Below are positions 19,182 to 28,521 of a stretch of DNA of 64,000 nt, piece after piece. The notes beneath the pieces are model-generated. The model searched no databases. It was not told the DNA's origin and saw only the letters and a program-made list of their open reading frames with translations. The stretch's first letter is position 1, and every line of letters begins with the position of its first letter. The stretch is from Deltaproteobacteria bacterium (GTDB lineage: Bacteria; Myxococcota_A; Polyangia; Polyangiales; Houyiibacteriaceae), in the NCBI GenBank assembly GCA_034670305.1, contig JAXMNT010000018.1, positions 1-64,000 on the forward strand, in the 5' to 3' direction. The position numbers were made by a program, and so were the translations under genes.

Positions 19182-20521
19182 TCCGCGCGCGCAAGGTCGC
19201 CGCCGTCTCGCGGTTCGAGTTCCTGAACGTCGCCCGCCGCAAGAGTTACTTGCTCGTGACCTTTGGTCTGCCGATCTTCTTCAGCGCGCTGAGCGGCGGC
19301 ATGCTCGCGCTGCAGGGGTACTTCCTGAAGTCCCGCATCGAGCAGGCAGCGGTCTACGGTCTGGTCGATCACTACGGGGCCACCGAGGACCCGCGCCTCT
19401 GGGGAACGCTCGCAGACGTCGACGACGACGACGCCCGCGAAGCGGTGATCCAAGGCAACCTCGCCGAGCTCGGCCAGGGGTTCATGCTGCTGGACGAGGT
19501 CGTATTCCAACGCTTCGACGACGAAGCGGCCGCGCGTGCACTGGTCGCGAGCGATCGATTGACCGCAGTGTACGTGGTCGAGGAGGACTACCTCGAGACT
19601 GGCAACGTCTCGCTCTACGAGTCGGAGCATGCGCCGGTCTTGAGCGTGCGCAGCGCGACGATCGAACCGGTGCTGGGGCGGCTGCTCTCGGAACGTTTGC
19701 TCGATGGCAACATCGAGGTGGCGCTCATGGAGCGGGCGCTCGAACCGCTGATCATCAAACGCACCGTCACGTTCGAAGACGGCGCCACCCGTTCGAGCGA
19801 AGACCGCGTGATGGAGATCGTACTGCGCACAGGCGTGCCCTTCTTGCTCGGCGTGCTGCTCCTGACCGCGCTGCTGAGCGCGTCGGGTTACCTGGTGCAG
19901 ACCATCGCGCTCGACAAAGAGAGCAAGGTCGTCGAGGTGCTCTTGAGCAGCGCGGACCCGGACGAGATCCTGACCGGCAAGTTGCTCGGTCTCGGCGCGG
20001 CGGGGCTGCTGCAGTTTTTCGTGTGGGCGTCGATGGTGGTCGGCGGCGCGCTCACGGCGGCGGCGGTGGTCGCGTCCCTCGACGTGCCGATCCCCTGGGA
20101 GGCGCTGGCGATCTCTCCGCTCTTCTTCGTGATGGGCTACCTGTTCATCGGCAGCCTGATGCTCTGCACCGGTTCGCTCGGCAGCAGCGTCGCGGAGACG
20201 CAGAAGCTGACCCTTGGCTGGGCCATGCTCGCGGTGCTGCCGCTGATGATGTTGGTCGTGCTGCTCGAAGAACCCCACGGCGCGGTGGGACAACTGCTCA
20301 CATGGATCCCGTTCAGCGCGCCGCTCACCGTCATCGTGCGCATGTCGCTCGATCCCGGCGGCATCGCGTGGTGGGAGGTCGTCGGTGCGCTCCTCGTGCT
20401 CGTGGCCAGCACCTGGCTCAGCATTCGGTTCGGCGCGCGGCTCTTCCGGGTGGGGCTGCTGGTGAGTGGGTCGCGACCGAGCCTGCGCGAGATCCTCCGA
20501 CAAGCGCGGCTGCTCGACTGA
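19178..20521 (+). CDS. ABC-2 permease (NatB/YhaP-like)
   Basis: KESKVVEVLLSS, GKLLG, WIPFSAP; 1+5 TM layout. Confidence 0.92.
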   Translation: MIRARKVAAVSRFEFLNVARRKSYLLVTFGLPIFFSALSGGMLALQGYFLKSRIEQAAVYGLVDHYGATEDPRLWGTLADVDDDDAREAVIQGNLAELGQGFMLLDEVVFQRFDDEAAARALVASDRLTAVYVVEEDYLETGNVSLYESEHAPVLSVRSATIEPVLGRLLSERLLDGNIEVALMERALEPLIIKRTVTFEDGATRSSEDRVMEIVLRTGVPFLLGVLLLTALLSASGYLVQTIALDKESKVVEVLLSSADPDEILTGKLLGLGAAGLLQFFVWASMVVGGALTAAAVVASLDVPIPWEALAISPLFFVMGYLFIGSLMLCTGSLGSSVAETQKLTLGWAMLAVLPLMMLVVLLEEPHGAVGQLLTWIPFSAPLTVIVRMSLDPGGIAWWEVVGALLVLVASTWLSIRFGARLFRVGLLVSGSRPSLREILRQARLLD

Positions 20522-20583
20522 TGCGTTTCGGAGAAGCACTGCGTTTGCACGAGAAGCTGCGTTTGCACGGGGGCGCCCCGTGA
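20521..20583 (+). CDS. Putative 20-aa small ORF (MRFGEALRLHEKLRLHGGAP)
   Basis: TGATG overlap upstream, GTGA overlap downstream. Confidence 0.35.
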   Translation: MRFGEALRLHEKLRLHGGAP

Positions 20584-21209
20584 CCTTGCGCCGCATCGGA
20601 GCGCTGGGAGACGTCCACACCGAAGACGTCGCGGTCGAGCGCGCGCTCGAGTTCTTCGCCCGCCGCGAACTCGACGCGGTGCTCTGCGTCGGCGACATCG
20701 TAGACGGCCTCGGCGACGTCGAACGCACGGTCTCGCTCCTGCGGGAAGGGTCGGTCGTCTGCGTCGCGGGCAACCACGAACGCTGGGCCCTCTCAGGCAG
20801 CATGCGCGACCTCCCCGAAGCGACCGCCACGCTCTCGGACGACGCCCGCGAATGGCTTGCGGCGCTGCCCGCGTCGCGCCGGCTCGCGACCGTCGCCGGC
20901 GGGCTCTTGCTCTGTCACGGGGTCGGCGAAGACGACATGGCCTTCCTCAAGAGCGACACCAAAGGGTACGCGCTGCAAGGCCTCTTCGAACTCTTCGATC
21001 TCATGAAGGATCCGAGCATCGCGTTCATGCTCGGGGGACACACCCACGAACGCCTGGTGCGCCCCTTTCAGGATCTCGTGGTCCTCAACGCCGGCACGCT
21101 GCATCGGGGCCAATCCCCCGGTGTGGTCGAACTCGACTTCGAGACCCGCGAAGCGGTGTTCTTCGATCTCGGCGAGACGATCGAAGAAGCCAGCCGGCAC
21201 AGCTTCTGA
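20580..21209 (+). CDS. Calcineurin-like metallophosphoesterase
   Basis: GDVH, GDIVD, GNHE, HG, GHTH. Confidence 0.92.
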   Translation: MTLRRIGALGDVHTEDVAVERALEFFARRELDAVLCVGDIVDGLGDVERTVSLLREGSVVCVAGNHERWALSGSMRDLPEATATLSDDAREWLAALPASRRLATVAGGLLLCHGVGEDDMAFLKSDTKGYALQGLFELFDLMKDPSIAFMLGGHTHERLVRPFQDLVVLNAGTLHRGQSPGVVELDFETREAVFFDLGETIEEASRHSF

Positions 21210-21271
21210 CGCCGAGCGGTGGGACCCCGGTTCGGGGCTTGGAGAATCCGGGGGAGGGCGTAGAGTGCGGC

Positions 21272-22024
21272 GTGGCGTTCTTCGAGATCCGCGGCGTGAC
21301 GAAGTCGTTCGGTTCGACCGAGGTCTTGACGGGGATCGACCTCGACATTCACAGCGGCGAAGTTCTCACGGTCGTCGGGGTGAGCGGCTCCGGCAAGAGC
21401 TTGCTGATGAAGATGCTGCTCGGCCTGCAGTCGATCGACGCCGGCACCATCCACTTCGATGGCGAACTGGTGTCCGACTTGCGCGAGCGGGAGTGGACGC
21501 GGGTCCGCCGGCGCGTCGGCATCATGTTCCAGGAGCCGGCGCTCTTCGATTCGATGACCGTGAAGGACAACGTCGCGTACGGGCTGCGGGAACAACGCGA
21601 GTTGGCCGAGCCGCAGATCGCAGAGCGCGTGACGAAGTCGCTCGTCTCGGTCGGGTTGCCGGGCATCGAACACCAGTTCCCGAAGGAACTCAGCGGCGGC
21701 ATGCAGAAGCGCGTCGCGCTCGCCCGCGCGATCGCGGTGCGGCCCGAGATGGTCATCTACGACGAGCCCACCGAGGGCCTCGATCCGATCAACGTCACCC
21801 GCGTCGACCGACTCTTGCTCAGTCTGCGCGATCAACTCGGCATCACGACCGTGATCGTCACCCACAACGTGCGCAGCGCCTTCAAGATGAGCGACCGCAT
21901 CGCGTTTCTGCACGGCGGCAAGGTCGCCCTCGAGGGCCCGCCTTCGGTCTTCCGGGACCACAAGAGCGACGACCGCTTCAAACACTTCGTCCGCGCCGCC
22001 ACCTGGCGCCCTCCGACTCCCTGA
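21272..22024 (+). CDS. ABC ATP-binding protein, MlaF/Mkl-like
   Basis: GVSGSGKS, FQEPALFDSMTV, LSGGMQKRVALARA, YDEPTEGLDP. Confidence 0.9.
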   Translation: MAFFEIRGVTKSFGSTEVLTGIDLDIHSGEVLTVVGVSGSGKSLLMKMLLGLQSIDAGTIHFDGELVSDLREREWTRVRRRVGIMFQEPALFDSMTVKDNVAYGLREQRELAEPQIAERVTKSLVSVGLPGIEHQFPKELSGGMQKRVALARAIAVRPEMVIYDEPTEGLDPINVTRVDRLLLSLRDQLGITTVIVTHNVRSAFKMSDRIAFLHGGKVALEGPPSVFRDHKSDDRFKHFVRAATWRPPTP

Positions 22025-22300
22025 ACAGGCGGCGAGGTCTTCTTGGGGCACGGCCCCCAAGGCTGATCGACTGTGCGCGTCGCGTCTGCGAAGACGGGGC
22101 TTGTTGGCTGGATAGGGCGGCCAGGTTCCGGCTTGTTGGGGGCTCGCGGAACCGTTGAGACTGGGCGGCACGGGTGTGGGGCTCCTTTGCCCAGCAGGGC
22201 CGAAACGTGCAGGAACCCCGCGAGAGACCAGCAATACCAGGGAAGTTCGCGCGCCCACCGCGCCGCACGGCTGTTGGCAGCAACCTGGTAGAGTCCTGGC

Positions 22301-23413
22301 ATGGCGGCGTTCAAGTGCGAGAGCTGCGGGGCGCCCTTCGCGCCGGAGCCAGGTCAGACCATCGTCAAGTGCGCGTACTGCGGGGCCAGCAACCAGGTCG
22401 GGCGGCTGGCCACCATGGCGCTTCGTGTCTCCAAGAGCCGCGACCCCGTGCGCCTGGGACGAATCGTGGTCGCCATGGTCGTCGCGCCCATCGTTGTCAC
22501 GTTCGTGATCGGCATCGTGGTCGCGATCGCGATCGCCTCTGCGGCCAGCTCGGCGACGGAGTTCGCGTCCGGGCAACTTCCACCTGGCCTGAACCTTCCG
22601 GGCATCCCCGGTCAGACCGCGGCCACGGACTGGGATCGGCAGAGCACGCTCGAGTGCGGGATCAACCAGACGGTCCGGATCACAGGGGAGGTGAACTTGC
22701 CCTCGGGTCCGATCGTTCGGACCGGCATCAACTGCCGCGTGGAGATCACGGACGCGACCCTCAGCGTCGGGAGCGGGACCGTCATCGAGGTGGGCGCCCC
22801 CAACGCGCAGATCCACATCACGGGATCGACGTTGCGTGGGGACACGATCGTCGAGGGCGGCATGACGACCACCGTGCACGTCACCGACAGCGCGCTGCAT
22901 GCGACCCGCCTTGCGATCCGGGCGGAAGGAATGGCCGGAGGGGTGCGGGTCGAAGGCGCGAGCACGGTCGAAGGCGCGACCGGCGCGATCGCCCTGTCGA
23001 CGTCCACGGGCCTTCATGTCTCCGGCACCAGCAAGATCTTGAGCGCAGGGGAAGCGATCGTCACGGCCGGAGGTGAGGTCGTCATCGACGGCGCAACGGT
23101 CGAGGGTGGCCGCACCGCGATCTCCACCACTGGCGGCAGGGTCGACATCCGCGCCGGCAGCACGGTTTCGTCGGAGGAGGGAGACGCCATCCGAGGCCAC
23201 GGCAACCTCCGACTCACGGTGCGCGACGCGACCGTCCGTGCAGGACGAGACGCAGTCGCAGGCGCCACGAACCCCCACGTGGCGATCACCGGCGGCAGCA
23301 TCGAGGGAACCACAGCGTTCCGCTTCGAGGGGAACGCGCACCTCGAACTCGACGGCGTCAGCGTGACCGGCGCCCGTGAACTCGGCCGGCGACCCGACGT
23401 CACCGAGCGCTGA
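22301..23413 (+). CDS. Zn-ribbon + TM + beta-helix-like protein
   Basis: CESCGA...CAYCG, one TM, then G/A/T/V-rich solenoid-like repeats. Confidence 0.75.
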   Translation: MAAFKCESCGAPFAPEPGQTIVKCAYCGASNQVGRLATMALRVSKSRDPVRLGRIVVAMVVAPIVVTFVIGIVVAIAIASAASSATEFASGQLPPGLNLPGIPGQTAATDWDRQSTLECGINQTVRITGEVNLPSGPIVRTGINCRVEITDATLSVGSGTVIEVGAPNAQIHITGSTLRGDTIVEGGMTTTVHVTDSALHATRLAIRAEGMAGGVRVEGASTVEGATGAIALSTSTGLHVSGTSKILSAGEAIVTAGGEVVIDGATVEGGRTAISTTGGRVDIRAGSTVSSEEGDAIRGHGNLRLTVRDATVRAGRDAVAGATNPHVAITGGSIEGTTAFRFEGNAHLELDGVSVTGARELGRRPDVTER

Positions 23414-23464
23414 TCGCAGACGCCGGGACGCTGCTGCGGTGGGTTGCAACAACTCGGGAACGCG

Positions 23465-23496
23465 GTCGTTGAGCCGGCCGCTTCCGGCTCAACGAC
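23465..23496. terminator. Perfect 13-bp hairpin between convergent genes
   Basis: GTCGTTGAGCCGG-ccgctt-CCGGCTCAACGAC; no immediate U-tract. Confidence 0.55.
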
Positions 23497-23753
23497 GGCT
23501 GACGACTTTTCCAAGCCGGAAGCTCGCCTCGCTATTGGTTACACCAAACGCTGACGTCGTCTGTCACGGCAGGTGACGCTCGCCGCTGTAGGAGAGCCCA
23601 TCGGCCCATGAACTGCCATCTACGGGAGCTGGCCTGGAGTCGGTAGGGGCCGCTGACGTCAGGTGCGGTCGAGTCCACGACGATCCAGTAGCGGCCCACG
23701 TCGGCATGAAGTTCTTCCGACCGTTCGGCCGCGCTCCCGGCCGACGACCCGGC

Positions 23754-24605
23754 TCACCGGCTCAGTGCGCGGGCCCGGCGTTCGTAGCGCGTGCGTTTCG
23801 CGGCATCGTCGGTGTGTTCGGCGGCGCGGCGGCAGCCATCGACCTGGCCCGCGCGGCACGCCCACTCGAACGCGACGAGGGCCGCTTCGCGGTCGCGCTC
23901 GAGCAACATCTCGCCGTAGAGCACGCAGCCGAGGGTCCGGTCGTCGGTGCAGGTGAGGCGCGCGTAGCGGCGGCCTTCCTCCGGGTCGCTGGCGTCGCGC
24001 GCGCGCTCGAGACAATCGGCGAGCGTGCCTTCGCACCCGTCGTAGGGTTCGGTGCACGAGGCGGCGATGCCGGCGCGGCAGGCGACCGCGGCCGCCCGAG
24101 GGTCCTCCCAGAGGCCGCACGCGCGGACGTCTCCGGCGAGACAGCCGCGCTCCAGGTAGGGCCCGGCCTGGTCCGGTTGCAAACGCGCGGCGTCGACGCA
24201 GCCGACGTGGCCTTCTCGACAGGTCCGGCGAAAGAGCCGGCGCGCGTTCTGCGGATTCGCTTCGACGCCTTCGCCGCGTTCCCAGACTTGCCCGAGCAAC
24301 CAGCAGTCGAGCATCCGGCGTTGGTCGCAGGCTTCGGCGAGCGCGAGTGCGGCGGCATGTTCCGGCGCGTCGGTGAACAGGCTGGCTTCGGTCAGCCGGT
24401 CCGCGATCGAGAGCCGCTGGCCCGAGATGGCGCTGGGGGTCACCACCGGGCTCGCCATGGACGAAGGTTCGTTCGAGACCGCTTCGCCGGCTGCGGTCGC
24501 GGCGTCTTCTCGCACCTCGTCGGAATCACAGGTGCACGCGACGACGCAGCACAGCAGCCAGGCACCCCAGTGACTGCGAACAGGTGTCTTCACCGCGCCG
24601 GACAC
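23754..24605 (-). CDS. Sel1-like (Hcp-type Cys-rich) repeat exported protein
   Basis: CWLLGQVWERGEGVEANPQNARRLFRRTC and repeated AC..G...C; start uncertain (24605 or 24593). Confidence 0.8.
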   Translation of the reverse strand: MSGAVKTPVRSHWGAWLLCCVVACTCDSDEVREDAATAAGEAVSNEPSSMASPVVTPSAISGQRLSIADRLTEASLFTDAPEHAAALALAEACDQRRMLDCWLLGQVWERGEGVEANPQNARRLFRRTCREGHVGCVDAARLQPDQAGPYLERGCLAGDVRACGLWEDPRAAAVACRAGIAASCTEPYDGCEGTLADCLERARDASDPEEGRRYARLTCTDDRTLGCVLYGEMLLERDREAALVAFEWACRAGQVDGCRRAAEHTDDAAKRTRYERRARALSR

Positions 24606-24606
24606 G

Positions 24607-25965
24607 TCAGGCTCGGATCTCCGAGTGGCCACCCATGTACGGCCGGAGCGCTTCGGGGATCTCCACCGATCCGTCCTCGCGCTGGTACTGCTCGAGCACC
24701 GCGATCAGCGTGCGGCCGATCGCGAGCGCGGAACCGTTGATCGTGTGCAGCAGCTGCGGCTTGGACTTGACCTTGGGGTTGCCGGCGGGCCGGTAACGGC
24801 AGCGCATGCGCCGCGCTTGGAAGTCGCCGAACCAGCTGCAGCTGCTGATCTCGCGGAACTTCTGCTGACCCGGCAGCCACACTTCGATGTCGAAACACCG
24901 CTTCGCGCCGAACCCCATGTCGCCCTTGCACAGATCCATCACGCGGTAGTGCAGACCGAGCTGCTGGAGGATCGCTTCGGCGTGACCGGTGAGTTTCTCG
25001 TGCTCGGCCTCCGCCTCTTCGGGCCGCACGAAGCGCACGAGCTCGACCTTGTCGAACTGGTGCTGCCGGATCATGCCGCGGGTGTCGCGGCCATAGGAGC
25101 CAGCCTCGCTTCGGAAGCACGGCGTGTAACCGCAGTACGCAAGCGGGAGCTCGGCGTCTTCGAGGATCTCGTCCGCGTGCAGGTTCGTGATCGGCACCTC
25201 GGCGGTCGGACACAAGAACAGGGTGTGGTCGACCGCGTGCACGGAATCTTGGCCGGACGCCGCCCGGTGCGCCGCATCGAACTCGTCGTCGGTCGCGAGC
25301 CGAAACAGATCCGCTTCGAACTTCGGGAGCTGCCCGGTGCCGCGCAGGGCCGCGCCGTTGACGATCGCGGGCGTCCAGACTTCCTGGTAGCCGTGCGTGT
25401 CCACGTGGTGGTCGAGCATCATCTGCAACAGCGCACGTTCGAGCCGGGCACCGAGGCCGCGCAGCACGGAGAACCTCGGCCCAGCGATCTTCACCGCGCG
25501 GTCGAAGTCCAGCACCCCGAGCGATTGCCCGAGCTCGATGTGGTCCTTCGGCTCGAACCCGAACTCGGGCCGCGTGCCCCAGACCCGAAGCTCCACGTTC
25601 TGAGATTCGTCGAGTCCGTCAGGCGCGTGTTCGCTTGGAAGGTTCGGCAGCTGCAAGACGAGCGCTTCGAGCTCCGCTTCGACCCCGCGGAGGATCTCCT
25701 CTTCGACCGAGAGTTTGTCGCCCAGCTTCTTCAGCTCTTCGCGCCGCGCGGCGAACTCATCGGACTTTTTGTCTTTCACCTGCCCCATCTCGGTGCTGGC
25801 GACCTTGCGCTCGTGGCGAATGCCCTCGACCGTCGTGATCAGGGCCCGACGCCGATCCGAGAGCGAAGCCAGGTGCGCGAGCACCCCCGGCTCGCGGAAC
25901 CCGCGGGCTTCGAGCTGCGCACGCACCTCGTCCAGTCGTTCGGTGACCTCTCTGACATCAAGCAT
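24607..25965 (-). CDS. serS: Seryl-tRNA synthetase
   Basis: MLD start, coiled-coil arm, GTGQLPKF, PTAEVP, FRSEAGSYGRDTRGMIRQHQFDKVE, EISSCS, HTINGS. Confidence 0.98.
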   Translation of the reverse strand: MLDVREVTERLDEVRAQLEARGFREPGVLAHLASLSDRRRALITTVEGIRHERKVASTEMGQVKDKKSDEFAARREELKKLGDKLSVEEEILRGVEAELEALVLQLPNLPSEHAPDGLDESQNVELRVWGTRPEFGFEPKDHIELGQSLGVLDFDRAVKIAGPRFSVLRGLGARLERALLQMMLDHHVDTHGYQEVWTPAIVNGAALRGTGQLPKFEADLFRLATDDEFDAAHRAASGQDSVHAVDHTLFLCPTAEVPITNLHADEILEDAELPLAYCGYTPCFRSEAGSYGRDTRGMIRQHQFDKVELVRFVRPEEAEAEHEKLTGHAEAILQQLGLHYRVMDLCKGDMGFGAKRCFDIEVWLPGQQKFREISSCSWFGDFQARRMRCRYRPAGNPKVKSKPQLLHTINGSALAIGRTLIAVLEQYQREDGSVEIPEALRPYMGGHSEIRA

Positions 25966-26047
25966 GCGGCTCCATAACGCCCCCTCCCGGGCAGAGCAAT
26001 GCAGGCAGAGCAATGGCGGTCGCGCGCGGCACGGGCTATCAATACCC

Positions 26048-27088
26048 GTGCACGAGCCTCAGCGTGACAAGCCCCTTGCCGGCCTCACGACCTTGGAACT
26101 CGGTGGATCCGCGGACCACTACGTGTGCGCGACGACCGACGCCGAGGTGCTGGACGCGGTCGCGTGGGCCGATGCCAACGCCCATCCGCTCACCGTGCTG
26201 GGGGGCGGGTCCAACAGCATCGTGCCCGACGACGGGGTGCGCGGATTGGTGTTGCACATGGGCACCATGGGTCGCGAGGTCCGGACCGAAGGCGACACGG
26301 TGTGGCTTCGGGTGGCCGCCGGAGAGCCCTGGCCGGCGCTCGTCGATTGGACGGTGGCACAGGGTTGGGCCGGACTCGAATGCCTGGCTGGGATCCCTGG
26401 CCAGGTGGGGGCCACCCCGATCCAGAACGTGGGCGCGTACGGACAAGACGTCGCCGAGACCATTGTCCGAGTCGGGTGTCTGGACCGGAGCACGAAGCAG
26501 CGCGTGGAACTCGAGGCGCCAGATTGCGGCTTCCAGTACCGCGACTCCTGGTTCAAACAGAACCCGCGCCGCTACGTGGTGCTCGACGTGGACTTCGAGC
26601 TGCGGCGCGGCGGGCCGCCCTCGCGCCGGTACGCCGAACTGGTGAAGGCCACCTCGGAAGACGCCACGCTGCAGGAAGTGCGCGACGCGGTCGTCGGATT
26701 GCGTCGCCGCAAGTCGATGGTGCTCGACCCCGAAGACCCGAACCGCCGCAGCGCCGGGAGCTTCTTCACGAATCCGATCGTCGACCCGCAGGTCGCGGAG
26801 GCGGTGGTCGAGAAGGCGCGCGCGCTCGGGTGCGGCGACGTGCCGCAGTGGGTGCACGGGTCGCAGGTGAAACTCGCCGCGGGCTGGTTGATCGAGAAGG
26901 CCGGGTTTCCGCGCGGCACCCGGGCGGGCGCCATCGGATCGAGTTCCAAACATGGGCTCGCGCTGGTGCACCACGGCGGCGGCACCACCGCAGAACTGCT
27001 CGCGTTCGCGCGCTCGGTTCAGGACGCGGTGTTCGAGGCGTTCGCCGTGACGCTCGAACGGGAGCCACGGCTTCTGGGGCAGTTGTGA
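26048..27088 (+). CDS. murB: UDP-N-acetylenolpyruvoylglucosamine reductase
   Basis: LGGGSN, GIPGQVGATPIQNVGAYG, YRDSWFK, SAGSFFTNP, AGWLIE, LEREP. Confidence 0.97.
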   Translation: MHEPQRDKPLAGLTTLELGGSADHYVCATTDAEVLDAVAWADANAHPLTVLGGGSNSIVPDDGVRGLVLHMGTMGREVRTEGDTVWLRVAAGEPWPALVDWTVAQGWAGLECLAGIPGQVGATPIQNVGAYGQDVAETIVRVGCLDRSTKQRVELEAPDCGFQYRDSWFKQNPRRYVVLDVDFELRRGGPPSRRYAELVKATSEDATLQEVRDAVVGLRRRKSMVLDPEDPNRRSAGSFFTNPIVDPQVAEAVVEKARALGCGDVPQWVHGSQVKLAAGWLIEKAGFPRGTRAGAIGSSSKHGLALVHHGGGTTAELLAFARSVQDAVFEAFAVTLEREPRLLGQL

Positions 27089-28521
27089 TGCGCGCGGTCG
27101 GACGCGCATGGGTGCTGCTGGCGGGCCTGGTGGGCGTCGTCGGCTTCGCGGACACTGGGTGCGCAGGGTCCACCGCGATCGTCACCCCGGTCGAATCCGA
27201 GCTCGCCGATCGCTCGCAGCGGCTCGATGGATTCATGATGTCGTCCCGTTTCAGCCCGCTGCAAACGTGGCGATCGCTCGATCTGGTCCAAGAGTTTGCC
27301 AGCGCGGAGGTCGAAGTACCGGCCGCACGCTGTGTGTTGGTCGTCGCCATGGTGCGTGAAGGCAATGTATTGATCCGTCACGAAGGACGTCCCGGGCTCC
27401 AGAGCCTCGGGGGCGCGTGGCTGACGTTGTGCGCGCAGGAAGACACGACCGTCGACATCACGCTGCACGCGGAACCTGGTCAATCGATCGCACTCGGGGT
27501 GTACGGCGCCAACCTCAACGATCGAGAACCGGCGCTCGCGGTGTTTTTCGACCCCGACGCGCACGCCGCTCGGCCGCGGCCGATCCAGGTCTCGTGGGGC
27601 AACCTGCCCGAGAACCCGTTCGGCGAGCAAGAACCGCTCGTCGAGTCGGTCTGTCCGACCTGGGCGGCGGTGGCCGCGCCAACCGGCACCGCGCAGACCC
27701 CACAGACCGGCACCGCGCAGACCCCACAGACCGGCACCGCACAGATCGCGCAGACCGGCACCGCGCAGACCGCGCAGACCGGCACCGCGCAGACCGGCAC
27801 TGCGGTTCCCGAAGCCGGCACCAGGGTTCCCGAAGCCAGCACCGGCACCGCGCAGACTGGCCAGACCGACCCGGCCCGTTCGGCTCGCAGAGAGCGGCTT
27901 GCCCGCCAGCGGTTCGAGCGTGGCACCGATGCGATGAACCGCGATGCCTGGGCAGAGGCCGCACGCAACTTCGAAGAGTCGATCGCGTGCCATCCCTTTG
28001 AGCCGGCGGTCATCAACCTCGCCGCTGTGCGCGCGGAGCAGGGGCTCAACGCCGAAGCCGCTCGGCTCTACGAGACGTTCCTCGAGCGTTTTCCGGAGGC
28101 GGCCGACGCCTACCGGCAGGCGGCGGAGGCGGGACTCGAGCGGTTGGCCCAGACCACGGCGGTGCGGGTGCTGCTCCACGAGGCGCCCCTCTTCGAGGGG
28201 TCGTGTCGGCGTTCGGGACGCGCCGCGCTCCGGGCGGCTGGCGAACATCAGCGGCGCGCGGTGGCGGCGGCCCGGCGGCTCGAACACGCACAAGCGCTCG
28301 TGCAGTACCAGAAGAGCTACGTCTGCGATCCGCGGGCGCGTTCGTTGCTCGGTGCGGCCGAGACCCTCGAACGACTGGGCGACACCGCCAGCGCGCATCG
28401 GCTCTACCAGGAACTCCTCGGCCGTTTCCCTCGGGCGAGTTCGCTGTATCGTCGGCGTGCGAGCGTGGGCTTGCAACGCACCATGGACCCCGCCCCCGAA
28501 CTGCAGGACCCACCGCGATGA
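27088..28521 (+). CDS. Lipoprotein with C-terminal TPR-like repeats
   Basis: Signal peptide ending DTGC; GTAQT repeats; EAARLYETFLERFP-type TPR units. Confidence 0.75.
   Translation: MRAVGRAWVLLAGLVGVVGFADTGCAGSTAIVTPVESELADRSQRLDGFMMSSRFSPLQTWRSLDLVQEFASAEVEVPAARCVLVVAMVREGNVLIRHEGRPGLQSLGGAWLTLCAQEDTTVDITLHAEPGQSIALGVYGANLNDREPALAVFFDPDAHAARPRPIQVSWGNLPENPFGEQEPLVESVCPTWAAVAAPTGTAQTPQTGTAQTPQTGTAQIAQTGTAQTAQTGTAQTGTAVPEAGTRVPEASTGTAQTGQTDPARSARRERLARQRFERGTDAMNRDAWAEAARNFEESIACHPFEPAVINLAAVRAEQGLNAEAARLYETFLERFPEAADAYRQAAEAGLERLAQTTAVRVLLHEAPLFEGSCRRSGRAALRAAGEHQRRAVAAARRLEHAQALVQYQKSYVCDPRARSLLGAAETLERLGDTASAHRLYQELLGRFPRASSLYRRRASVGLQRTMDPAPELQDPPR

Noticed and set aside
22025-22300. Possible riboswitch or ncRNA
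   Set aside because: Only short hairpins (CTTGGGG/CCCCAAG); no family consensus recognised
23500-23750. Possible tRNA-Ser/tRNA-Sec or selenocysteine recoding near serS
   Set aside because: No cloverleaf, T-loop or CCA found; the TGA is not at a catalytic Cys-like position and I saw no convincing SECIS
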